Source of the DNA: the human T2T-CHM13v2.0 reference genome, Homo sapiens
DNA: 64,000 nucleotides
Reading direction: 5' to 3' (one strand)
Assembly: GCF_009914755.1 (NCBI RefSeq)
Contig: NC_060925.1
Position numbers and translations under genes: made by a program. Below are positions 13,995 through 28,505 of this stretch, piece by piece. Positions within the stretch are counted from its first letter, which is position 1. Each line of letters opens with the position of its first letter. The notes below the pieces were generated by a model. That model saw only the letters and a program-made list of their open reading frames with translations. It searched no databases and was not told where the DNA came from.

Positions 13995-14330
13995 TATTCA
14001 GTAAATATTTATTGACCACCTACTATGTTCCAAACTCTATTTATGGTACTGAGAACAGAGTGGAGACAGGAGAAGATGTCATCTCTGACCTCATAAAAGG
14101 GAAGAGAAATGTTATGCAATTCATAACAAAATTTGATGCCATTTAGCATAGTATAGGGGCATGGCACAAACTACAAGATCATGTTACAATGTTTATAATC
14201 TAATTTAGTCATCAAGGAAGGCCATCTACACAATGTTAAGCTTCAGTTGAAACTTACAAATAAGTAAAAAGTTATTCATACAAAGATGGGTTTGAAGTGT
14301 GTTCCAGCCAGACTGGATACCATGTGTGTC
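13995..14330 (-). mobile_element. L2 3' fragment
   Basis: attcagtaaatatttattgaccacctactatgttcca is the reverse L2 3' motif. Confidence 0.7.
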
Positions 14331-14379
14331 TTATAAAGGAGCCAAAAATGGCCTGATGTGTTTCTTCTTCCCTACAGGA

Positions 14380-15493
14380 TGGGACCCATTTGTTCACAAT
14401 CTCACCAGCACCAAACTTAAATTTTACACATCCAGGTGTTTAAGCATAACCCAATTAAGCAGATTTTTAAAGCCATTTGGAGTCTATATGCTTTGCAAGT
14501 TTCATGAAACTATACCCAACATCTCCTAGCTATAGATAAGATAAACCCTGTAGCCATTAAAAAAAGAAAAGAAACGAAAAAAAAAAAAAACCATGCAAGC
14601 TACTGCTGCCCTTCTCAGCTCTCTGATCCAGGGACTCATTCTCTGTGCTGAGAAACATTACCGTTCTGAGTTGTGGCGTTCCTTCTCACTTTCCTCACTA
14701 TGTCCTCTAGATGGTTTCATGCTGTTAGGGACTGTCTAGGCAAAGAGACAGCTTCTCCTTCACCTTCTGAAGGCTCATGGAAAATCATTGACAAAGGCAG
14801 ATTTATTGGAGAGAAGGCACATAAATTTATTTGTTCACAGTTTTATGTGGTATGGGAGCCTAGAGAATGAAGACTCTACTATGTAGAGGAAAGTGTTCAT
14901 TTTTATGCTTCAGTTCAACAAAATATGGACTGCCGTGTAGAAATAGGACTGGACAAAGAAGGAATGGTCTAATGCTAGCAGAGTGAGTGGGGAAGCCCAG
15001 CAAGGCCTGTCAGCTTCGGTTCTTCTTGGCCTCTCTGAGCAGCATTCCTGCATTATATGTATGGGGCAGGACCCCCTCTGGAATGGGGGTCTTACAACCC
15101 ACAGTCAAACCAGGTGGGTCAAATAATTTCTTTATGGCCAGATTTTAGAAAGGAAGGTGAGAGGAAAGTTAGAGTAATATTTTTAGGTTTTATGTCTGGC
15201 TTGGGGGAATAGAGGTTCTGGTTTCTATGACCTGCTTTGGGGAAGAGAGATGCCAGTTTTTGTGTCTCGCCTTGGGAAAAAATAGCGAGCTACAGACAGG
15301 AGGGCAGGAGAAGGTCAGAGAGACTGCTTCTGAGGCCTTCATTTTGGAGTACTGTTTCTGATACCCTACAGGACTTCCCCTATATGCACACCTGTCAAAG
15401 CAGCAACCTAAATAAAGCTCATTGTGCACTATTGCTACCTAAGCATCCTTTTATTTTCCATGATCAGCCCCAAAATTCGTTTAACTCACCACA
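14380..15493 (+). mobile_element. Unclassified old ERV LTR-like element split by MER39
   Basis: Sequence joins across the GGAC TSD; AATAAA at ~15412 and a CA end at ~15493; 5' boundary uncertain. Confidence 0.5.
14733..15370 (-). mobile_element. MER39-family (ERV1) solo LTR
   Basis: Minus strand starts TGTAGGGTATCAGAAACAGTACTCCAAAATGAAGGCCTCAGAAGCA; exact 4-bp TSD GGAC (14729-14732 and 15371-15374). Confidence 0.85.
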
Positions 15494-16844
15494 GACCAAA
15501 AGTGCAAATGTGAAAGAAAAAGAAGTGCTGAGCAACTTAAATGAATTTTTAAAATAATATATTATATGAAATAGGTTTTAGTTCTTAAAATATCCTATAC
15601 TCTCATTTGGACACATTGATTTTAAAGAAAGAGTTCCTTGACTGAAAGTAGTATACACTTCCAATTAAACAGGATTGACACTTTCTATTCTTTAGATACT
15701 ATTATTTACTCCTTGGTGCAAATTTGATTACCCATGTGATTGTTAACTTCTCATGCTAAAAAGTCATTGGATTTGCTGTTATCTAAGATTCCTGTCTCTT
15801 AACACATGCTCCTATTGTCATATTTCTACTGTTCTATATTTGTGTGATTTTTGCTAAACAAAAGTGTGAAGACTGTTTTTTTCTCTCTCTCCACATATAT
15901 ATATATACTCAAAAAACTTGTAAGCATTTATCACTAATTAAATATTTACATTAATATCTTCATATATTTATTTATTAATTGTATTGTCCATTTACCACAT
16001 TATTCTGGTATCCTGGCCAGGTTAATTCCAACCTTAACCCTTTATGATTTAATAATTGTGATTTATTATTTTTCTCTACATGTCTAAAATTTAATAATCA
16101 GTATATACTGACATTATTATATATTTACTAACATTATTCAAAAAAGGAAAAATTAAAATGTTTTCTTTTATATTAGTTCCTTAAGATAAAGTTCTTATGA
16201 ACATACAACGCAGGTGTTCAACAAATGTCAAAAGTAAATTTCATAACCTACTTCTTTAAGCAACACACTTAGTGGCCCAGAACAATATATTATGAATGTT
16301 ATACCTCACTGCATTGCTTCCAAAATGTATGTCAGTTACAGATATAGGCCTTCTCATATTGCATGTTCTTCCCATTTATAAGTAAATAACAGTGCCCATG
16401 CAATGTATCTGTCCTAGTAAAATGTGGAAGTTCAAATATATTTTTTCTAAATAATCACCTGAAATTACTAATTGTTGATTATATTCTCTAAAGAGTTGAT
16501 TAATTAATTTATTAAATCATCATGAGGTTCATTAAGCCAGAGCCGTGACAGAGAATTAAATAAAGAAGTAGCTATGTGCAAACATTTTTTTAAACATTGC
16601 AACTATTTTCTCAGTTGCGTTTCATCCATATCCTCTGTCTGTCAGGCTGGTTTAAATCTGGGTAAGTTGGTGGCACTTTAATATGCAAAGAAGTTCTGTG
16701 TTTTCACAGCAGATCACCCACTAGAACTAGAGTTAAACTTTATTTAAATTTCTCATTAGATAATTTGAAAGTGACAAAGAAAGAGGGGCTGTGGAGTGAC
16801 AGGTATGAGAAAATAAAAGACATTTACAATAAGGTACAACAATA

Positions 16845-17050
16845 ACGCTATTTCTTTTTGAGTGTTTACTATACACCAAGCATAAACAAGCTTCATGTTA
16901 ATTCTCATAGTAACTTAGTGAAGACACTACTATTATCATCATTTTAGATGAGGTCAATGTCAGATCACAAGCACCTGATAGTATTGTACTCAAACCCAAG
17001 TTTCTCAACACCAAAGTTCATATGCTCAAAATAGACCTCATACTACTCTC
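16845..17050 (-). mobile_element. MIR fragment
   Basis: ttgagtgtttactatacaccaagc...tattatcatcattttagatgagg...actcaaacccaagtttct. Confidence 0.65.
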
Positions 17051-18391
17051 ATGTAATAAGTCAAGTGGTTAATGATGTCATTACCAAATAAGGAGCCTTC
17101 TAGATGGGCAAAGAAATTGAACAAAATCTGCAAATGTAACATGAAATACTGCAAAAAATATTATAAGCTACACACTGAAGGTATTAATACAAGTTAGAGT
17201 TTTATATTTTTAGACAAAGTTAATTGGATTTCCACTTCCCATTAGGATGCAGGAGTACATAAAAGAACTTCTGTTCCATGGTGGTAGCAAGACAAAAATA
17301 CAGTAAAATTTATTATCTTTATAAAGCTATGAAGAGCAGTGGACATAGAGGTGTCTTGAGCACAATTCCAAAGAGAGATAATCCCTTCCTGGGTGATCAA
17401 AGTGCCACTGCCACACTGGGGTCAAGGACTTAGTGTGGCAATAAGTGGGTAATAGACTGGTCCTTCTATAGGCAGAGAGCCTTACAGAGACATTGTGAAA
17501 CCAGCCAATGTTATAATGACACATTGGAAGACAGAAAATTACCAAATAGTCAATATTTCAGCCTGACAATCCTCCCACTGCCCTTTTGAGATGATTGCTG
17601 AGTAAAGGCAACTGAACTGAGTGAAAAGCAGAAAGTCATGAAGCGAAACTACCTACATTTGCAATTCAAACCCCTCCCAGCTTGAGTCCTGAAAAGAGCA
17701 AAGAAATTGGCTGCAGAGAAAAGAGCGACTGCCTAAATCCAATATGAAACCACAGGTGAACACAATCAATTCATGGTTCCAGGCACACAAACACAAGTAA
17801 AACTCTTCATGGAATCTGAAAACTCATTCCTTAAGAGTACTTGCCCCCACAGAGAGGAATGGGCTTGAACTCTCTTACGAAAAATCACACAAAACAAGAA
17901 CAATAAAATACATTATAGTTCAATCTGTACTCTTTTTAATGTAAATAAATGCTCAACATTTAATTAATTTTTAAAAATGATATACAAGACATCAGGGAAT
18001 GTTACCTTGATTAAATGGAAAAAATAGTTGACAGAAACAGAGCAACAGATAACCCAGATTTGGGAATTAGCAGGAAGAAGTTTAAAAGGACTATAATAAG
18101 TATATTAAATAATTATGAAGTAAAGCAATGAAACAAAAGAAATAAATTAGGAGAAGAGATGGTGAAATACAGAATAGAAAACAAACTACATAAATGAAAT
18201 AAAAAATCTAAAAAGTAAAAATACAACATATAAAATGTAAAATGTATTCAAAATTAGAAACTTAAAGCAGTCTAAAACATTCTTCCCCTCCTGTCCTTTG
18301 TGAACATTTTGAGCACAGTTTGGACACAGCAGAAAGAGTTGATGACTCTTAAACAGATGGATAGAAATTATCCAAATTGAAGTACAGTGAC

Positions 18392-18560
18392 ATATATATA
18401 CACATATAGATGTATATATTTATATATAATATATATTTATGTATTTATATATAAACATATCTAAAATATATATTTATATATATAAAATATATACATATAG
18501 ATGTATAAAATATATACATATAGATGTATAAAATATATACATCTATGTTTATATATGTAT
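18392..18560. repeat. AT-rich minisatellite (23-bp unit TATAAAATATATACATATAGATG, about 2.7 copies) with an inverted copy
   Basis: Units at 18481-18503, 18504-18526 and partial from 18527; 18404-18426 approximates the reverse complement of 18527-18549. Confidence 0.85.
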
Positions 18561-19707
18561 ATGAAAAGACAATGAATGCTAGTAGACAATGAGACTTTCA
18601 GTGTGTGAAAAGGGAAAAAAGTCCCTGCAATTCTTTCTTCAATATTCAGCAAAATTATCTTTCAAAAATAAAGAAATCTTTAGATACTTCAAAGCTGAGA
18701 GAATTTATTGGTTCCCAAACCACCCAAAAAATATGCTGAAGGAAGCACTTTTAATGAATGAAGAAATCCCAAAGTATCTTTAAAGAAAAAACAACTAGAA
18801 ATGTCAGGAGCACAACGCCAATCTACAAAATTTAACTGTATTTCTACAGAATAGCAACACATAGTTGGAAAATGAAATTTTAAAAGTGTACTATAGTATC
18901 AAATACATAAAACACTCAGAATAAATTTATTGAAAGATACGCAAGAACTTGGCAATTAAATATAAAAATCAATGTAAGAGAGGTTAAAGTTGATGTAAGT
19001 AAATGAAGAGATATGCCATGTTCATGAATTGGAATCAATATTATTAAAATGTTAATTCTCAAATTAAAGTATTGATTCAATGCTATCTAGATGAAAAGCA
19101 CTGCTTCTTTGTAGAAACTGCAAGTTCCTTCTATAATATATATGGAATTGAAAAGGATCTGGCATAGCCAAAACAATCCAGAAAAACAAATTTCAGTATT
19201 TGGTTTCAAGGCAATATATTGTATTATAAGAGACACTTATTTCCTAATTGCAAGGCTTACAATAAAATTACATTAATTTTGACAACATGATTTTGACAAG
19301 AAGTTAGGTAAATACATCAATGGAACAAAATAGGGAGTCCTATGAATTAATGCAATTCAGAAAAAAAGTCTGAAATAAATGGTGTTAGTACAATGAAACA
19401 ATGGACCTTTTACACTGTTCAAAAATTAACTGCAAATGGACTATAGACCTGAACATAAAAATTAAGCTATAAAGCTACCAAAAGCATAAATAAGGAAATA
19501 TTTTCTCATCTTAGGGTAGACACATATTTTGTAGACATGGCAATAAAAAGTACTAAATATAAAAGAAAGAAACAGTAAATTGAAATCATGCTCATCAAAA
19601 GACACCAATTAAGAAGGGAAACAAAAAGATACAACTGGGAAGAAAATGATTACACTTCATTTATCTAACAAAAGACATATTCAATTACATAAAGAATTCC
19701 TACAGTT

Positions 19708-19925
19708 CTGCCTGGGCAACATAGTGAGATTCTGTTTCTACCAAAAAAAATTCTTTTTTAAATTATCCAGGCATGATGGTGTGAGTGTGTAGTTCCAGCT
19801 ACTTGGGAGGCTGAGGTGGGTAGATTGCTTGACCCAAGCAGTCCAAGACTGCAGTGATATATGATCATGCCAGGAAGCTCCAGCATGGGTGACAGAGCAA
19901 GACCTTGTCTTTAAAAGACAAAACA
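19708..19925 (+). mobile_element. 5'-truncated AluJ
   Basis: gcctgggcaacatagtgag, linker, right arm ending gggtgacagagcaagaccttgtct. Confidence 0.9.
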
Positions 19926-20028
19926 CACACATACAATTTAATAATATAGGACAAATTATCTAATAAAAATTGGCAGAAGACATGAACAGACAATTTCCAA
20001 AAGAAGATAGATGGATGGCTAATAAGCA

Positions 20029-20446
20029 CGGATACTCCTTGACTTATGATGGGGCTTCCTTCCAATAAACCCATCATAAGTTGAAAATATTGTAAGTCAA
20101 AAATGCATTTAATACATCTAACCTGCTGAACAGCATTGCTTAGCCTGGCCTTCCTTAAATGTGCTCAGAACGCTTATTTTAGCCTAAAGTTAGACAAAAT
20201 CATCTGTCAACACAGTTCATGAGGTTGCTTAGCCTCATGAACTGTGGCTCACTGCCTCTGCTCAGCATCCCAAGAGTTTCCTACCACATGTCACTAGCCC
20301 AGAAAAATATCAAACTTCAGAATTCAAAGTACGGTTTCCACTGAAAGTATATCACTTTTGCGGTTTCTACTGAAAGTGTATCATTTTTGCTCCATTATAA
20401 AGTCAAAGAATCATAAGCTACACCATCCTAAGTAAGGGATCGTCTG
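20029..20446 (+). mobile_element. MER47B (Tigger-derived) non-autonomous DNA transposon
   Basis: TIR-like ends cggatactccttgacttatgatgg and ccatcctaagtaagggatcgtctg, followed by TA; inserted in L1. Confidence 0.85.
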
Positions 20447-20539
20447 TAAATGAAAAGGTGCTGAATATCATCAGGAAAACTTAAATCCACAATGGCATCC
20501 CACTGCACATCCACTGGAATGAAAACAAGTAAAAAGCCA

Positions 20540-20840
<301 letters not shown>

Positions 20841-22942
20841 AAAAGCCAGACAAACTTTTTTATTAAAAAAGTTTAATAAAGATAGGAGTCAATGAGAATC
20901 CTCACATATGTCTAGAGGGAGTGCAAAATAGTATCAACACTTCAGAAAACTGATAGGCAATTTTATATAAACTTAAATATATACTGGATCTTACCAGTTC
21001 CTCTTCTAGGTATAAACATGAAAGATAAGAAAGCATGTGATCACTCAAAAAGACAAATACAAAAATGTTAATAGCAGAAAATATCCATCACCAAAAGAAT
21101 GGAGAGTCAATATAGTTTTATACATTGCTGAGTAGAATATTCTACTCAGAAATGCAAAAGAATAAAGAATTTATGTTTACAAAGCATGGATAAATCTTAA
21201 AAACATTATGTTGGAAAAAATAATGCAAAACAAAAGCATATACTGTATCATTCTGCTTATATGGAAGTCAATGAAAAGCAGAATTAAACTATCATGCTAG
21301 AAATCAAAGTAGCGTTTACTCCAGGGGGAGTTTGAGCATTGACTGGAATGAGGCACAAATATTATTTCTGGGGTGATAGAACTATTCTGTTTTTTGATTA
21401 AGGTTTTAGTTACATGGGTATATACATTTGTTAACATTCAACAAACTGTACTGTTAAGATTTACGTACTACACTTTAAATAAATTACACCTCAATTTAAA
21501 AATGTCTAAAGGGTACTTGAATGAGGGAAAAATGAAAGACATGCAGATCCCAAAAAGCAAGAGTGTCTCCTTAGAAAATATCCAGGATTAGTCAAATCTT
21601 GTTTTTTATTGTGTCTATTCCAGCCTTCTTCTTTAAAATGAATTTGGAAAATATAAACAGTAGGTTAACAGATTATGGGAAGCTTTTTTATTTTTAAGGA
21701 AGAATACAAAGGTATTCTTATATTTTGCCTTACTGTAAAACTCCCCAAACTCTACATTTGTGATAACTAAGCTTTCCTTTTAGGTTCAGGATCCATTACA
21801 CTTCCTGAGTAGTGGAAATTTTGGTTCTTCAAGGATCTCAGTGTCAACATTTTTCAATATCTGACCCTGGTTTACACTGATGTTTATATTTTGCTTATTT
21901 GTCTATGGAGCAGTATGATTCATCCCTTATCTTGTACCCTCAGTTGCTAAAAGATTACCCAATTTATAAGTGACTCAACTGATATTCCCTGCCTGGTCCT
22001 CAAATTTCATCAGGACTGAAATTCTTTCTCCACAGATCACTCAAAAACTGCTTATTAGAAGTTTACTATGTGCCAGACACTATATGGTAAGCACTGAATG
22101 TATTGCAGAGATGAAGGAACAAACACTTTCTAATTCTTCTGGGAATTAGAATTGTGCCTTTGAATACAGTGAGTGAATATCTGTTTGAGTACTTTATTAT
22201 GCATTAGACACATGAAAAAATGCAGTATGTCCTAATGGAAAGAAAATTGTAAAATCAAAATTAACATTTATTTAAATATCTCTTTAATGAAATATTGTTG
22301 CCTATAGCTGTCAACTTAACATTCACAAAAACCTAATTAAATCTGTCAGGATTTTGTCATTTAAACTTTTACATAACAAAAATTCCCAGGCTTATGGTAT
22401 AATTACAGATAGCATATAGCCAATTGTATATTAAAGATATTCATTCAAACATATTTTTGAAATCATAGAGATACTCTTTTAAAACTTGGATAGAAAATAG
22501 TTTAATACAGAATCCAGATGTCTTTTAATATGTCTGATATCATATATTCATTGGGGTAGGTGAGGCTGAACAACAAGTGTACTCAGAAATATAATGGATC
22601 AGCAAACTGAAAGTTTTTAATGTTCACCTATTTAATACCTATGGGAGTTCCAGGTAGGTGGACACTGGGGCTGGTGGAGCAGCTGAGTCTATGTTCTGCT
22701 TTATTTCCTAGAGTCGAGCAGGAAAACTAACGTAAGTCATGCTTGTGGGTATTCCTTGTGGCATATATTGCTTTGGCCCACCTTATTTCATCTACAGCTC
22801 AGTTATACAGTCTCTCATAGGTTAAGACGTGGAGACTAGCAATAAAAAGGAGTGTGGCAAACAGCTAATCCATCTCTTGGTCTGGGAGTGCCCTAGAGAA
22901 AATGAAAGTTATAAGATCACTGCTTGTTACCACTGCTTTTTA

Positions 22943-23281
<339 letters not shown>

Positions 23282-24004
23282 TAAATTCGCTTATTATCTG
23301 CTACCTGAAACAGACAGAATTTTTCACAAACCTGTCAAAATTGGTTCCAATAAAATTTTACTTTAACTGAATGGCTACGATGAAAACTTCTTTTATAACA
23401 TAGATTTTTTTCAGACCCTTTTTAAAACGAAAGTACCTGATCGTTTTGTTCTCTTTGTTGAAAAAGAATGAAAAAAGTAAATTTATTCTAAATCTTTTCT
23501 TTATACTATAAGTGATAATAATTTGAGTATCCCCACAACACTTTATGAACCAGATTAATCCACTAAAATCACATGTGTATAAAATATATAAGACGGCATT
23601 TTATACATATTTTTCCTCCTTAGACTCTAGCACAGGGTCCTATGACCATATCAGGAATTCCCAGGTGTTAGTTAAGTTAGAATTGCTTTGACCGAAAAAG
23701 AGCAAGCTGTGTGGTATCTTCAAGAATTTTGTGTAATAGAATTGCTTAGAAATCTTGTTGCTCATTCAGTGCCCATTTTCCAGGAAGATCAGATGTTACT
23801 TTTACTACCTGATCCCTTTATTGCTTGTTGTTTATCATATACTAGGCACGGTACTTGGTAATTTGAGGATTAAAGAGGTTTTCAAGACACTATTCCTTGT
23901 CCTCAAGGAGTTCACTGAGGAAACAAGGAAGAATGCTGTGATTACGACAGTGAATTAATATTAGGACAAGCCAAGGATTTCTCCTTGTACTAGTGATAAG
24001 AACT

Positions 24005-24340
24005 TTTCTATTTTGTTTTATTTATTTATTTATTTATTTAGAGACAGAGTCTCGCTCTGTCGCCAAGGCTGGAGTGCAGTGGCATGATCTCAGCTCACTG
24101 CAAGCTCTGCCTCCCCGGGTTCACGTCATTCTCCTGCCTCAGCCTCCTGAGTAGCTGGGACTACAGGCGCCTGCCACCATGCCTGGGTAATTTTTTTTTT
24201 TTTTTTTTTTTTTTGTATTTTTAGTAGACACGGGGTTTCACCGTGTTAGCCAGGATGGTCTTGATTTCCTGACCTTGTGATCAGCCTGCCTCGGCCTCCC
24301 AAAGTGCTGGGATTACAGGCGTGAGCCACCGCGCCCGGCC
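24005..24340 (-). mobile_element. AluY with expanded middle A-linker
   Basis: Diagnostics gcaagctc, ttcacgtcattctcc and accgtgttagccaggatgg; TSD core ATAAGAAC. Confidence 0.95.
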
Positions 24341-24954
24341 CATAAGAACAGTTTTTAAAGAAGACTACAAACCACTTCTCTTTGGAATTTTACTCATTTC
24401 CTTCTCTGGAAGCCGTGTGATAAAGCCAGGTGACTTGTGAATATCTTCTTTAGCATCTTGACTTTAAGTATAGCAGTATGCTGTCTGAATTATTTTAAAA
24501 AAATATATTCCTACAACTCTGCTAGGTTTTAATATTATAATGGTTAGACTTACAATCGCCTTCACCTCAATTAGTCCTTTAACTTTAAACATATTAGGCC
24601 AAGCATATCTCATAAAGTTATCACAAGAGACTAAAGTAAAGGAGCAGTAGTTCATAGGAATGCATTTAAAATTATTTCATATTTCTTAAAGTGCTGATAG
24701 TTTTCAGTAAAGGAGAAATAAAATCCACTCAAAAAAGTGGCCTTTCTTCATCCTTAGTAATATTCCATTAGCAATAAGATACTTGTGTGTGCGCATATGT
24801 GTATGTCTGTGTTTGTATGTGTACAACATCTCGACAGCTTAGTCATTTTATGAATCTCCTTAGAAGCCTACTGTTTGCTCTGTTTGTTGACAGTAGGTGT
24901 TAATACGGATCCAGATATCTCTAGTCTAACCACAGATGCAACTGAGACCTCAGA

Positions 24955-25480
24955 GCATATACTGGATTATAGGTGGCTACAAATTCTTAGTCATTCTCCC
25001 TATAAAGGGATGTAGTCTAGTTTCCTTTCCCCTGAATCTGGACTCAGCCTGTGACTCACTTGATTGGTAAAAAGCAGAACTAAGTAACATTGCACGATTC
25101 CCAAAGCTAGGTCATATGAAGTGTTACACCTTCTGCCTACCTCTTTTGGAGTGCCTGCTGTAGGCACTCTCCTTCTGAGAACTCAGTTGTCATTGTGAGA
25201 CTCCCATGCCACGAGGACAGCCCTGTGTAGATATCCAGTCAATAGCCATAGCTGAGCTCTCAACCAGGAACTGGCATCAAATTCCACCCATGTGACTGAG
25301 CCATTTTTGGCATGCAATCAGTCATGCCTTCTGCTGACTGCAGCTTCCTCTACTACATGACAGACCTCAGGTGAGAACCATTCAGCTGGGCCCAGTAGTC
25401 CACAAAGCTGTAAGAGAGAATAACGGAAGCCACTAAGTTCTATGATGGCTTATTACACAGAAATAGATAATCCCAAGCCA
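24955..25480 (+). mobile_element. MLT1F/G/H-type MaLR solo LTR
   Basis: ggtggctacaaattc...cccctgaatctggactcagcctgtgactcactt...aagccactaagtt...ttacacagaaatagataa. Confidence 0.8.
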
Positions 25481-26409
25481 GTGAACTCAGAAGCCCATCG
25501 TTCAGTTTAATTCTGTTATCTTTTCAACCTCAGAATAACTGTGATCAAAGCTACATCACTCACACTTCAAACAGGCTTCATCTTGCTCTGGAGAACTCAT
25601 CTTGGTATAATTTTATGTGACTGGGGATAGAAAGACTCAAATGATCTTTGATTGACTTCATTTAAGTTTTGATTCTGCTTTATAAAGTAGATTTGCATGA
25701 GGGTACTTGCAAGTTTGGAACCACCTTTCATTAAAAAAAAGAAAAACTGAAAATACTTTATTATTAATGGATAGTTTATACTTAACAGGTAAAATCGAGA
25801 GTTTGCTATAAGTTTTCTCTAAATGTACCCTAGATGTAAACAGGGCCAACACTTTCCCCAAGGTCTAGACAATATTGGTCCAAATTCACATTTATTGATT
25901 AATGAAAAATCCAATGCCTTCCATAAAATTTCTGTGAAGTAACTAGGTTGGAAGAGGGTTCACCTGATGTTCTTAGGGCGACCTCTGGTTTTGAGATCTT
26001 GCTTCTGAATTTAATGAATTTCAGAATCTTACTGACATCCAATTCGTACAGTTCTTATTCCAAGTTCTATAGACCTAGATTAGCACACTGTAATTCTTTA
26101 ATTTCCTCCAATAAATTGTAAATAGATTTCACTGTGGGTTCAGGGAATACATAGACACATATTAAAAGTCAACTCAACAATAGATATGCAGGTTCCTTAA
26201 AAACAATCAAAGAACCATAAGGCAGCTCTCAATCATTCCACAAAAGTGGCATTTGTCACTTGTGCTCATATTCTGTTAGCAAAACCAAGTGACATGGTCA
26301 ACCTTCATGTCAGCTGGACAGAAATGGATTCTCCTCCTCAAAGGAGGTATTGCAAAGCTCATATGGCAATGGGAGAGGGCAAAAATCCTCTTACAGTTAG
26401 TGGATTCAT

Positions 26410-27490
26410 TATGTGAAGAACATTCTAGAAGAGGGACTAGCAATTAGAATGCATTTGAGGCAATAATATGCTTGATACATTTTGGAGACATCATCAGGAC
26501 AGGTTTGTCTGTAACAAAGTGAAGAAGAAGAAGAATGAAAGAAAATGAGGATCATAGAAGTAGTCAGGATTGTGTAGGTTGTGGTTAAGACTTAAAATTG
26601 TATTTTAAATGGGATGAAAAGCCAGAGAGGGATTTGAAAGGAATGGTATGATATGATTTACATTTTAAAAGAATGATGCTGCCTTTTAAGAGGGGAATTA
26701 ATTCTGCTCATGGCAATGGAAACAGGGAACCCAATCAAGAGGCTTTTTCAGTAGTTCAGGTAAGAAAGGAATGCAACATTGATGTTGGAGAGGTGATGTA
26801 GCAGAAAAGGTAGTGAGAAATAGTTGGATTATGGACATCTTTTAATGGAAAAGCTGAAAAGTTTTTGGTGACTTTGATGGCATAAGGAGGAGGAAATAAG
26901 GGGACATTTACTGAAAATCTCTCATGGAATAGCAGATTTGGAGACAGGCATATCTCAAATATGTTAAAATTGAGATGGCTATTTGACATCCAATAAGACA
27001 TATACGGTATGTAGCAGGACATATGAGTTTAAACTCAAGAGAGGGACCTGGAAGATACTAAATTTGGGTGAACGAGCAAATGAATGGTAGATAAAATCAT
27101 GAGACCAAAATACAGGGTCAGTATAGACAAGAAGAGAAGTTTAACGTCTGATTCCTCAGGCACTGTCATATACAGAGGTCAAGGAGGATAGAAAGAAACA
27201 GCCAGTTTAAGAGAAACCAGGGTAATGGTTTTCCTGGAAGAAAATGTCTCAAGAAAGACAATGTTTTGTGTGCTATTTATAGACCAAGTAAGATGGAGGC
27301 TCTGAGTTGTATATTATATTTAGAACTGTGCGACCAGGATGAAAGTGCTAGGTATTTCAATGAAGTGATGGGAATGAAAATTGTACTGGAGGAAGTTAAG
27401 AAAAACTGGGAGATAAAAACGCATAAGCACAGCCAGGTCATTTTTAAAGAGCTGTCTTTAAAAGGGAAGAAACTAGATGAGTATATAAAG
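26410..27490 (-). mobile_element. L2 fragment
   Basis: gaacattctagaagagggactagcaa, gacatgagtttaaactcaagagag-like and other reverse L2 motifs. Confidence 0.75.
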
Positions 27491-28505
27491 TCAGGAGTTA
27501 GTTTTTTCATTTTGTTTTGTTCTTATTCTGAGGATGTCACAACAGGTCTACATTTACTCATCACTGGCTCATTTATTTGCATGTTAAAGTAAATACACAC
27601 ACACATACACGAACACACACAATCAACATAGCACATCTTTGTAGTAGTGAGATGTTCTTTGCCTTAGCCCATCCCATCTGTTCAACTTCTCACCTCGTTC
27701 ATTCTGTGTTTAAGCAGCACACGAATTTTCCCTTTTGTTTCATTTGTCTCCTCTTGACAATGAATCAGCAAATTACTCACAACTGGAAAGGCTTCCATGC
27801 TGAAACCATAACAAAGAAAGCAACTCCAATTCTTTTCATCTACTGAAGCCCTCAAGCTTGAGTATCTGAAACTTACAAAGTACTTTCTAATAATTATTTC
27901 ATACCAGAGCGTACGCAGTGAGGTTGGCAGCATACACAGGAGGAGAGAGTGGAGAGCTAACAAGACAGACAAGGTCTCGCAAGAGAAGACAGTGAAAAGC
28001 AGTGGTTCATATGTGTTGACTTTCTTGTTGTTATTATCAATTACTTGTGCTTTGGCCCTTTTTGGTTCAGCCTTACTACAAGTTATCAGTTTTTTTAATA
28101 TTTTCAAAAAATCATTTTTTCATTTTGTAAATTGGGTATTATTTATTTTTGTGTGTCATCATTCTCTACTCTTCACTGTATTCTATTGTCTAATTACTTT
28201 TACTTTAATTCATTATTTTGTTTTCAAATTTCTGGTGGAAATTTAATTATTGACTTTACAAAGTATATCGCCATCCACCATCCCCAGCTTTCTCCCAAAT
28301 AACATCAAGAACTCACAATGTTACATTTCTAATTACCCAACTGCCCCATTTCTTGTTATTCTAAGTTTCATATTAACTACTTAAGTCTTGCTTATTAATT
28401 CTCCAAAATATTTAATATTACCTTTGTTTTCTTAAGTCAATGGTAATTTTATTTTTAACTATTTTATTTTTTAACTAAACTCACTTTTATTTATTTACAT
28501 ATCTA

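Noticed and set aside
22550-22700. Possible old MLT1 fragment (another at ~26230-26400)
   Set aside because: Too degraded to assign boundaries or family by eye
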